From IMG/VR virus record IMGVR_UViG_3300029458_000026: 16,118 nucleotides of DNA; one strand, 5' to 3'. A program made the position numbers and the translations under genes. The DNA is from a virus. The notes beneath the pieces were generated by a model that had not been told where the DNA came from, searched no databases, and was given only the letters and a program-made list of their open reading frames with translations. Of this stretch, positions 7,601-14,953 are shown piece by piece. Position 1 is the stretch's first letter; every line of letters starts with the position of its first letter.

Positions 7601-7705
7601 TTTTTTCATAAAATTTTTTACCCCATACAGTTGGCAGACCTGTAAAACTGCCATAAAATTTACGTCGATATTTGCGTCAAAAAGTCAATAAAATCAAGGA
7701 GTGAA

Positions 7706-7975
7706 ATGAAAGTTAATCAATATTATAATGTACCAATTGAAAGAGAGTTTGATTGTAGGCAATGTGGAACTCATGTTGTAGTAACAACTTCTAAAGATAA
7801 AAGAGTAGTATTTTGCTCTTCAGTATGTGAAAAAAAATATTGGAGATGGAAAAGTAAACAAGATGCACTTCATAGAAAAAGAGGGCGTGAGAAAAATTTA
7901 GGTATTAGGAATTATGGACCTAAAGAAATGGCTATACTTCTTTGGAGATGGAAAAAGGAGGCTGAAATTGGCTAA
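7706..7975 (+). CDS. Small zinc-finger-like protein
   Basis: FDCRQCGTHVVVTTSKDKRVVFCSSVCEKKYWRWK; SD aaggag. Confidence 0.6.
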   Translation: MKVNQYYNVPIEREFDCRQCGTHVVVTTSKDKRVVFCSSVCEKKYWRWKSKQDALHRKRGREKNLGIRNYGPKEMAILLWRWKKEAEIG

Positions 7976-8495
7976 AAAATCTAAAGGAGAATTAACTGTA
8001 GAGAAATTAGATAATTATATTCTGGAAAATTTTAGAAAAATACCTCATTTAGAGCTTAACAAAGGTATTAATAATATTCTTTCTGAATATAGAAATTTTA
8101 AAGGAATTAATCCAGCTAAAGTTTTAATATTTACTCTTTTTAGATATAAAAAAATAGATTTTTTTAAAACTTTTAATACTGTTAATGAAATTGAAAAATA
8201 TTTTCAAAATATTCTGACTAACTATTGTATTCAAGCACAAATTGCTGTAATTCAACTACCTAATGAAATAATAGCTAGTATAAAAAAATACTATTACCAA
8301 TTAAATCCTGATATTAAAAAATTTGATGAATTGATGAGATTCTATTTTAAAAATGGAGCTACTGAAGATGAGGATATTCAACAATTAATTCAGCTAAAAA
8401 AAGAAAAAATTGACAAAATTGTAAATGATGACCCTAAAATTTTGAAAAAATCAATTTATTTTAATGAGATAGTAAGAAAATTCTTATACGGATAA
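7968..8495 (+). CDS. Hypothetical protein
   Basis: TTG start at 7968 preceded by a strong SD aaaaaggagg; in frame with the 7914 ORF. Confidence 0.55.
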   Translation: MAKKSKGELTVEKLDNYILENFRKIPHLELNKGINNILSEYRNFKGINPAKVLIFTLFRYKKIDFFKTFNTVNEIEKYFQNILTNYCIQAQIAVIQLPNEIIASIKKYYYQLNPDIKKFDELMRFYFKNGATEDEDIQQLIQLKKEKIDKIVNDDPKILKKSIYFNEIVRKFLYG

Positions 8496-8499
8496 ATTT

Positions 8500-8520
8500 A
8501 CGTCGGATTTATATCGACGT
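8500..8520. repeat. Inverted repeat ACGTCG-GATTTATAT-CGACGT; its AAATTTACGTCG half is also present at 7656-7667
   Basis: Perfect 6-bp arms; identical 12-mer AAATTTACGTCG at 7656-7667 and 8494-8505 on either side of the two-gene unit. Confidence 0.5.
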
Positions 8521-8551
8521 TTTAATATTAATAAAAAATAGGAGGAAAAAA

Positions 8552-9013
8552 ATGGGTAAATCAATTAAAAGAGACAGTTACAGGAAAATGGTTACAGAGC
8601 TACAAAATGAAATAGGAATAAAAAAATACAATGCTAGTAGGCTAATGAGTCAAAAAGATTGTATAACAGCAATTTATGAAATTGTTAGAACTGATATTCA
8701 AAACAAGGAAAGAAAAGAGATAGATAAATACATTGAAACTAACAGGGCTTTAAATGATATAAATTGTGAATTGAAAAAAGAAAATAAAGAGTTAAAAGAT
8801 AAGACTCTAGAATTAAATAATCAAATTTCTCAAAAAAATGAAGAATACACTTTAATGAAACACCAAATTGAAGAATATCAAGAAAGCCTTGAGATTAGAC
8901 AAGATAATTTTGATGGCTTACTTAATGATTTTAATAACATGAAAAAGCAAAGAACATTTATATTAATAATTTTAATTTTAATAATTATTGGAGGAGCATT
9001 ATGGACTTATTAA
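8552..9013 (+). CDS. Coiled-coil protein with C-terminal transmembrane anchor
   Basis: SD aggaggaaaa; long Lys/Glu/Asn heptad region; C-terminal RTFILIILILIIIGGALWTY. Confidence 0.65.
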   Translation: MGKSIKRDSYRKMVTELQNEIGIKKYNASRLMSQKDCITAIYEIVRTDIQNKERKEIDKYIETNRALNDINCELKKENKELKDKTLELNNQISQKNEEYTLMKHQIEEYQESLEIRQDNFDGLLNDFNNMKKQRTFILIILILIIIGGALWTY

Positions 9014-9435
9014 AAAAATGGCAAGAAAAACTTAATGGTAGAGAGTACAGAGAAGAACTGGAACCTTTTGAAGAAGAAGAGTTAAAAAAAGATGGTATAG
9101 TAGTAGTTTTTGGTTGTAGTGATGATTTATGTGAAATACATGGTGCTCTTTCCTCTGAAATAGATTGTTATGGTGGTAATAAAGAAGTTTATGTTAGAGA
9201 AGCAGAATGTTTTGTTTCTCCAGACTATTATGATTATAGTTCAGATGAGTTAATACAAATAGATTTATCTAAAAGACCTTACATAGATATTTCTAATACA
9301 AGAGATGGTTGGAAGTATGAAATACCTGATATACCTCAAGCTGAATTTATAATTTATGAAGAAGATACTATTTACTGCACTGGAAAATTATTTTATTTAA
9401 AAGATTTTGCTAATTGGGAAAAGAAAGAAGAGTAA
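9001..9435 (+). CDS. Acidic hypothetical phage protein
   Basis: IVVVFGCSDDLCEIHGALSSEIDCYGGNKEVYV pattern; strongly acidic composition. Confidence 0.55.
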   Translation: MDLLKKWQEKLNGREYREELEPFEEEELKKDGIVVVFGCSDDLCEIHGALSSEIDCYGGNKEVYVREAECFVSPDYYDYSSDELIQIDLSKRPYIDISNTRDGWKYEIPDIPQAEFIIYEEDTIYCTGKLFYLKDFANWEKKEE

Positions 9436-9540
9436 TTTCTTGAGAGGTACAAGAAATGAAAATAGAGGTAACTATACATAGTGGAATTTTTCAAAAAAGA
9501 TATAGAGAAAAAATTATTGTAATTATAAAGGAGAAAAGAA

Positions 9541-9783
9541 ATGCAAGAAACGGGAACACCAATAAAACCAAATCACTATAAGATAGTGATAAAAGGTACT
9601 GAATATCAAGTAAGAGATGTAATAGAAGCTGTAATAAAAGATATGCCTGGAATAAGAGCTGGATATGTTTTTAATGTCTTAAAATATGTTTTTAGAGCAG
9701 AAAAAAAGAATAAGAAACAAGACTATGAAAAAGCTAGAGAATACTTAGACTATATACTAAATAATTATGAGGAGGAAAAATGA
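9541..9783 (+). CDS. DUF3310-family phage protein
   Basis: KPNHYK...EYQVRDVIEAV...GYVFNVLKYVFRAEKKNKKQDYEKAREYLDYIL matches the DUF3310 pattern. Confidence 0.82.
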   Translation: MQETGTPIKPNHYKIVIKGTEYQVRDVIEAVIKDMPGIRAGYVFNVLKYVFRAEKKNKKQDYEKAREYLDYILNNYEEEK

Positions 9784-9986
9784 GTAAAAGAAAAATACTT
9801 TTAACTTATTTAGTCTTAACTATTATAGTCTTAGTCGTTCCTACTTTTCTCCTTGCTTCAGGAGTAGTTATATATATTATAAAATTTGGACATTTATACC
9901 CTAATTCAAAAAGAGTGTTTACAGTAATATTATGTTTTTATATTTTTATTATTATCTTTGAAATTTTCAAGTTTTTTAAAGTTTAA
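9780..9986 (+). CDS. Small membrane protein (two predicted TM segments)
   Basis: Two hydrophobic stretches; strong SD (gaggagg); ATGA overlap with the previous gene. Confidence 0.6.
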   Translation: MSKRKILLTYLVLTIIVLVVPTFLLASGVVIYIIKFGHLYPNSKRVFTVILCFYIFIIIFEIFKFFKV

Positions 9987-10006
9987 AATAGGAGAGATAT
10001 AAAAAA

Positions 10007-10513
10007 ATGAGTGTAAAAATTAAAACAAATATAATAGGAGAGACAGTTGCTAAGTATCCAAATTTTGAAATAGTAAAAATCTATAGAGAGGAAGGTTTTT
10101 TTCCTCAAACTGCATTAAGTTATGGTGTTGATTTAGATACAATGAAATTTAGAGAATTAGTAGGATTTGGAATAGTTAAAAATGGAGTATTAGACGATAA
10201 AGGTAAAAATATTATTGTATTTAAAAAACCTAGTTGTTATCATTATCAAGTTTTTTACTTAAAACCTACAGAATGGCAAATAAAAGATTTATCAGAAAGT
10301 TTTGGAGCGGAAATAGTTGAGTTATATGATGTAACATTAGATAAGGACTTTAATATAGCTAAAAAATTAGTAACTTATGACCCTAATAAAGATAAATATG
10401 ATGAAATTATGAAAAAAATAGAGCATTATTATAAAGGGAAATACATACAAAATAAAGCAGTATTTTATTTTGAACATAAGGAAGAAATAGATAATCTTCC
10501 AGATATTAGTTAA
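10007..10513 (+). CDS. Hypothetical protein
   Basis: 168-aa intact ORF; SD aggaga. Confidence 0.6.
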   Translation: MSVKIKTNIIGETVAKYPNFEIVKIYREEGFFPQTALSYGVDLDTMKFRELVGFGIVKNGVLDDKGKNIIVFKKPSCYHYQVFYLKPTEWQIKDLSESFGAEIVELYDVTLDKDFNIAKKLVTYDPNKDKYDEIMKKIEHYYKGKYIQNKAVFYFEHKEEIDNLPDIS

Positions 10514-10562
10514 AAGGATGTAAATAAATGAAAATAAAAAATAAGAGGTTTTTCTAATTATT

Positions 10563-10760
10563 CCTGCCTTGAGCAGGTTGCGAGGTATTGAGGAGTAGCT
10601 TTCCAATAGGGCTGACAACCCCTCGAGCAGAAAGAGATACCGTGTGAGTGTTAGTTCAAAGCGTAAAAAAACATTAATTATAGCGTTGTAGTAAGTCAAA
10701 ATTACAACTTGGGAAGCTTATGTTTTTCCCTATTTCATAGCTAATAACTATGAAGTAGGG
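10563..10760 (+). ncRNA. Structured leader RNA upstream of the PAPS-reductase-like gene
   Basis: Multiple helices: CCTGC/GCAGG, GGTAT/ATACC enclosing TGAGG/CCTCG, crossing GGTTG/CAACC, GTTGTA/TACAAC, then mutually exclusive GGGAA/TTCCC and CCCTA-t-TTCATAG/CTATGAA-g-TAGGG. Confidence 0.5.
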
Positions 10761-10767
10761 ATAATAA

Positions 10768-11478
10768 TTGGAAAAGCATATAGTTAGTTTTAGCGGTGGT
10801 AAGGATTCTACCGCTATGTTATTAAAGATGATTGAAACAGAAATGAAAATAGATGAGATTATATTTTTAGATACAGGAGTGGAATTCCCACAAATGTATG
10901 AGCATATAGAAAAGGTTAAGAAGTACACAGGTAGAGACATAACTATCTTAAAAGCTGACAATAGCTATGAATTTATGATGTTTGATTATGTTAAAACCAA
11001 AGGTAAAAATAAAGGTCAAAAAGGTTATAGCTGGGCAGACTTTAGAAATAGGTGGTGTACTCAATATCTAAAGAAAAGCGTTATAAAGCGTTATCTTAAA
11101 AAATACCAAGATTTTGAAATAATAGAATATCACGGAATAGCAATAGATGAAGAGAAAAGACTTCAAAAAAATAAGGATAAAAACATAAAATATCCTTTAG
11201 CCGATTGGAAAATGACTGAAAAAGATGCTCTTCAGTATTGCTATGATAAGGGATTTGATTGGGGAGGGCTATACACTAAGTTTGATAGAGTGTCTTGCTG
11301 GTGTTGTCCTCTTAAGAGTTTAAAAGAACTTATAGTTCTGTATAGAGATTTTCCAGAGTTATGGGAGAGGTTAAAAGAATGGGATAATAAGACTTATAGA
11401 AAATTCAGAGCTGATTATTCAGTTCAAGAATTAGAAGAAAAATTTAAAAAGGAGGAAATAGAGAAATGGAAAAAATAA
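10768..11478 (+). CDS. Phosphoadenosine phosphosulfate reductase-like (PP-loop) phage protein
   Basis: PP-loop SFSGGKDSTAMLLKM; IIFLDTGVEFPQMYEHI; CWCCPLKS cysteine cluster. TTG start. Confidence 0.85.
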   Translation: MEKHIVSFSGGKDSTAMLLKMIETEMKIDEIIFLDTGVEFPQMYEHIEKVKKYTGRDITILKADNSYEFMMFDYVKTKGKNKGQKGYSWADFRNRWCTQYLKKSVIKRYLKKYQDFEIIEYHGIAIDEEKRLQKNKDKNIKYPLADWKMTEKDALQYCYDKGFDWGGLYTKFDRVSCWCCPLKSLKELIVLYRDFPELWERLKEWDNKTYRKFRADYSVQELEEKFKKEEIEKWKK

Positions 11479-11690
11479 AAAATAAAGATTTAATAAATTT
11501 TAATCCAAAATTCCATTTTAATCATAAAAAACCTTGGACTAGTAAGGACCTAAAATATGCTCTTGATTGTAAAAATGATTTAAAAGATATTAGCTTAAAA
11601 TTAGGTAGAACTATAAGTTCTATACTTCAAAAAAGAAAATTAGAAAAATTCTGGGAAAAAGCAAATAAAGAAAAAAAGCAGCAGAGTTGA
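11466..11690 (+). CDS. Small HTH/Myb-like protein
   Basis: KPWTSKDLKYALDCKNDLKDISLKLGRTISSILQKRKLEKFW resembles a SANT/HTH helix arrangement. Confidence 0.4.
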   Translation: MEKIKNKDLINFNPKFHFNHKKPWTSKDLKYALDCKNDLKDISLKLGRTISSILQKRKLEKFWEKANKEKKQQS

Positions 11691-11697
11691 TGAAAGA

Positions 11698-12132
11698 ATG
11701 AATAGAATAAAAGAGAATTTAGTATGTTATCACAATGATGGTCTTAAAAAACAATGGAGATATAAATTTAATAATAATTATGGAGCTAGTATCATTAAAG
11801 GTGGATGTGCTTATGGAAATAAGTATTATCCTTATGAATTAATGGTTGTTAAATTTGATAAAAATAATTTTATAGAGCAAGTGGCAGTTCCATTTGCTTA
11901 TGATATTAAAGGATATTTAGGAATTAAAGAAGTAAAAAAGTATTTAAATAAGATAAAAACACTAGAAGAAGAAACATTGAAAGCTTCTAAAAAAAGACAA
12001 AGATTTATAACAAGTAGCCCTATATTAAATAAAAAACTAGCTAATAGTGATACACAACTTGAAAAAATATTAGAGGCTACATTTGAAATGCTGGAGGAAG
12101 AAGAATGTCAGGATATTCAAGAAAAAATTTAG
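11698..12132 (+). CDS. Hypothetical protein
   Basis: Intact ORF in the packed operon. Confidence 0.55.
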   Translation: MNRIKENLVCYHNDGLKKQWRYKFNNNYGASIIKGGCAYGNKYYPYELMVVKFDKNNFIEQVAVPFAYDIKGYLGIKEVKKYLNKIKTLEEETLKASKKRQRFITSSPILNKKLANSDTQLEKILEATFEMLEEEECQDIQEKI

Positions 12133-12323
12133 GTGTAATAAAATGTCCAAAATGTAACTATGAAACAGAATGGGAAGAACTATTTTGTGGCAAAAGTAGA
12201 GATATGATTAACTGGAAAGATGGAGAGGAATTTGATTATGTTTGTGAATGTTGTGGCCATAAATTTAGATTAGTAACAGAAGTACATCATCAATTTAAAA
12301 TAATAAAAAAAGAGGTGAAATAA
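12105..12323 (+). CDS. Small zinc-ribbon-like protein
   Basis: IKCPKCNYETEWEELFCGKSR...YVCECCGHKF: paired CxxC motifs; SD ggaggaag. Confidence 0.65.
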   Translation: MSGYSRKNLGVIKCPKCNYETEWEELFCGKSRDMINWKDGEEFDYVCECCGHKFRLVTEVHHQFKIIKKEVK

Positions 12324-12569
12324 ATGTTAATTTTAAAAGAAGATGAATATTACCAAGTAGAAGAATTTTGTTCTTTTTTCAATGGCGATTATAATAAAGC
12401 ATTGTCTAGTGTTGAAGAGCTTGTTAAGCAAGGTTATTTAGAAAAAATAGAACTACAAAGAAATAGAAAAGGATTTACTCTTGTTTCTGTTAGTTTTAAT
12501 GAAAAATTTGATGAACCTGCTCCTGTAATATTTTACTTAGTCCGTAAAGAAATAGGAATAGTTATTTAA
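12324..12569 (+). CDS. Hypothetical protein
   Basis: SD gaggtg; co-directional. Confidence 0.5.
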   Translation: MLILKEDEYYQVEEFCSFFNGDYNKALSSVEELVKQGYLEKIELQRNRKGFTLVSVSFNEKFDEPAPVIFYLVRKEIGIVI

Positions 12570-12587
12570 AAATATAGAGGTGAACTA

Positions 12588-12953
12588 ATGGAAGTAGTTT
12601 TTAAAGTTTATATAATTGGATTTATTATTTGCTATATAATATGGTCGCTTTACATAGCTGAAGAAAACGGGGAAGTAGGTACACTTTTAAAAATAAGTTG
12701 TTTGTCTTGGTTATCTATTATCATAACTGTTTTATTGAACTTAAAAAATATAATATGTGATAAAATCAGAAAAAAATATAGACATAAATATTGGTTTTGT
12801 AGGATAGATAATTTTGATACAATAAATTTAAAGAGAAATAAACATTTAGCTTTAGCAGATTATATAGATTTAAAATTAAAAAGCAAAGGTATAGCACCTC
12901 GTTCAGATAAAGGCTGGAATATACATCAAAGATTTATTAGAAAATATTTATAG
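12588..12953 (+). CDS. Hypothetical membrane protein
   Basis: Hydrophobic segments YIIGFIICYIIWSLYI and LSWLSIIITVLL; basic C-terminus. Confidence 0.55.
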   Translation: MEVVFKVYIIGFIICYIIWSLYIAEENGEVGTLLKISCLSWLSIIITVLLNLKNIICDKIRKKYRHKYWFCRIDNFDTINLKRNKHLALADYIDLKLKSKGIAPRSDKGWNIHQRFIRKYL

Positions 12954-12964
12954 GAGTGATATAG

Positions 12965-13444
12965 ATGTTTAACTCTGAAAGAGAAATGCAAGATACCTTT
13001 GTATCTTTACTAAAGCAAAGAAAAACTTGTGGGTTAATATTTGAAGAGGTTGGTAATAGAAACTTTTTCTTTAGAACTGATATAGTAGAGTATAAAGATA
13101 GGACTAATATAATAGGGTATGAACTTAAATTAGATGATTTTAGAAAGGTTGTAGAACAATCAATAAAAACTTTAGAATTATTTGATAAAAGTTATATAGT
13201 TATTCCAGATACTAGTAAATGCTATGAAAAATTAATGTTAATTCTTAATAATCATAAAGAAAAAGAAAAAATAATAAATATAGGAATAATAATTTTAAAC
13301 AAAGAAAAATATAAAATAATTAAATCAGCTAGTAATAAAAGTACTAGAAATTATAACAATAAATATACCTCAACTTTAATTCAGGACCTTATTATAAGAG
13401 GGTATCATAAATATGGAGAAAATTGTTGTATAAACTATAAGTGA
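12965..13444 (+). CDS. Putative PD-(D/E)XK nuclease (MmcB/Mrr-like)
   Basis: RTDIVEYKDRTNIIGYELKLDDFRKVVEQSIKTLELFDKSYIVIPD: D...ExK core followed by a characteristic helix. Confidence 0.6.
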   Translation: MFNSEREMQDTFVSLLKQRKTCGLIFEEVGNRNFFFRTDIVEYKDRTNIIGYELKLDDFRKVVEQSIKTLELFDKSYIVIPDTSKCYEKLMLILNNHKEKEKIINIGIIILNKEKYKIIKSASNKSTRNYNNKYTSTLIQDLIIRGYHKYGENCCINYK

Positions 13445-13659
13445 TTTGGAGGAAGAAAATGATTAAAATTGAAGGACAAGGTTGTAAAACTTGTAAATAT
13501 TGTACTTATGATATTCCTAAAAATAAAAATTATAAAGCATACTGTAAGTTGTTAAAAGAGGAAGCTCAATATCTATGGTGTGATAAACATAAGAAAAAAA
13601 ATGAAGATGAGAATCCTAAAAAAACTTTTTTACAAAAAATTTTTAGAGGTGGAAGATGA
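13441..13659 (+). CDS. Small Cys-rich protein
   Basis: CKTCKYCTYDI...YCKLL...WCDKHK. The first plausible Met after SD ggaagaa may be at about 13459. Confidence 0.5.
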   Translation: MIWRKKMIKIEGQGCKTCKYCTYDIPKNKNYKAYCKLLKEEAQYLWCDKHKKKNEDENPKKTFLQKIFRGGR

Positions 13660-14207
13660 GAATTGAATTTAAAACTTGGGCAGAATTATCAAGATTTTTA
13701 GAATATCTTGATTCTATAGAGGATTTTAGCAATAATTACAAAGAACTTTTTATTAAAGATTTAATAGAAGACTATGCTGATGATTTAATTAATTCTAAAA
13801 TTTTTAATAATGAAACTCTACTAGCAATTATGCTATTTGGAGTTTGGCAAAACCTAAATAGAAAAATTTTGACTTTTAAATGGGAAGATAAATTATTCTT
13901 AATAAATCCTCAGAGACATTCAGAATATAAAAAATATTTTGATGAATGGAAGAAAGAAGAGGACAAAGAGAGAAAAATAGAAGATGAAGAATTTAAAAAC
14001 CTTGAAGTAGGAGAAAAATTTAACATTGGTAATAAAAATTTAAAACTTATAGAATCAGTAAAATATAGCTGTGATGATTGCATATTCCAAAATAATATTT
14101 CAGCTTGTGAAACTTTTCAAAAGAAAGGGATTATTCCAGAGTGTAGTTTTGATAGTAGAAAAGATGGAAAAAATATTATTTTTAAAGAGGTAGAAAATGA
14201 GAGCTGA
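13656..14207 (+). CDS. Hypothetical protein with C-terminal Cys cluster
   Basis: CDDCIFQNNISACETFQKKGIIPEC near the C-terminus. Confidence 0.55.
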   Translation: MRIEFKTWAELSRFLEYLDSIEDFSNNYKELFIKDLIEDYADDLINSKIFNNETLLAIMLFGVWQNLNRKILTFKWEDKLFLINPQRHSEYKKYFDEWKKEEDKERKIEDEEFKNLEVGEKFNIGNKNLKLIESVKYSCDDCIFQNNISACETFQKKGIIPECSFDSRKDGKNIIFKEVENES

Positions 14208-14481
14208 TTTATTACAATTAGAAATATCTAAAATTATCGACCTAGAAGAAGAAGTTAGAAGATACCAAATGATAAAAGCAACCATTAATAACGGAGAAGA
14301 TTGCTCTGTTATATTAGGAACTAAAAAAAATAATTTTTCTTTTAAAGTAGGGGGAGAGTTTTTAAAGGAGATTTTAGATAAATTTATTGAAGAATCATTA
14401 TTTAATTATTCAAAAAGAATAGAACTTCTTGAAAAACAAGGTGTAAAAGTTCATAATATCTTTAAAAAGGGGCAAGAATGA
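14197..14481 (+). CDS. Hypothetical helical protein
   Basis: Overlaps the preceding gene; intact ORF. Confidence 0.5.
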   Translation: MRADLLQLEISKIIDLEEEVRRYQMIKATINNGEDCSVILGTKKNNFSFKVGGEFLKEILDKFIEESLFNYSKRIELLEKQGVKVHNIFKKGQE

Positions 14482-14753
14482 GTAAAATTTTAAGAATTTC
14501 AGTAAAAAAAGAATATTTTGAGCAAATAAAATTAGGCTTAAAAAAAGAAGAATATAGAGAAATTAAACCATATTGGGATAAAAGAATAAATAAAGATTAT
14601 GATGAAGTTTGGATAATGTTAGGCTATCCCTCTTCTCAAGAAAAAGAAAAGATTCTTAAATTCAAATGGAAAGGTTATACAAAGAAAATTATAACTCATA
14701 CAGAATTTGGAAATATTCCAATAGAAGTTTATGCTATAAAATTAGGAGAGTGA
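14478..14753 (+). CDS. ASCH-domain-like protein
   Basis: LRISVKKEYFEQIKLGLKKEEYREIKPYWDKRI...DEVWIMLGYPSSQEKEKILKFKWKGY matches the ASCH domain layout. Confidence 0.78.
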   Translation: MSKILRISVKKEYFEQIKLGLKKEEYREIKPYWDKRINKDYDEVWIMLGYPSSQEKEKILKFKWKGYTKKIITHTEFGNIPIEVYAIKLGE

Positions 14754-14758
14754 AAAAT

Positions 14759-14953
14759 ATGAGTGCAGAAGATAAAATGACACCAGAGGAAAAACAAAAA
14801 CTTGTAAATAATATTAAAAATGACTTATGTTCTGGTATTAGTTTTTGCTCTATAGATGATAAATATTTTAATGGAAATGGACTAGCTCAATTTATAGATA
14901 GAAATTATGAAAATTTTAAAGATATAAAATTTAAAAAAAGGAGTAAAATATGA
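14759..14953 (+). CDS. Hypothetical small acidic protein
   Basis: ATG at 14759 with SD aggagag; the longer 14666 start overlaps the ASCH gene heavily. Confidence 0.5.
   Translation: MSAEDKMTPEEKQKLVNNIKNDLCSGISFCSIDDKYFNGNGLAQFIDRNYENFKDIKFKKRSKI

Noticed and set aside
9456-9581. 41-aa ORF MKIEVTIHSGIFQKRYREKIIVIIKEKRNARNGNTNKTKSL before the DUF3310 gene
   Set aside because: Weak SD and overlap with the DUF3310 start; could be a real small gene but evidence is insufficient.
10563-10767. Group I/II intron or known riboswitch (SAM-I, hammerhead) in the leader
   Set aside because: No recognisable intron core elements, no domain V-like hairpin, no CUGANGA...GAAA hammerhead core, and SAM-I conserved blocks are not present; left as an unknown structured RNA.
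10367-10961. Two minus-strand ORFs (10367..10699 and 10674..10961)
   Set aside because: Cross the structured leader and oppose the PAPS-reductase-like and 10007..10513 genes; hydrophobic antisense translation only.
14100-14285. Minus-strand 61-aa ORF
   Set aside because: Antisense to two overlapping + genes without SD.
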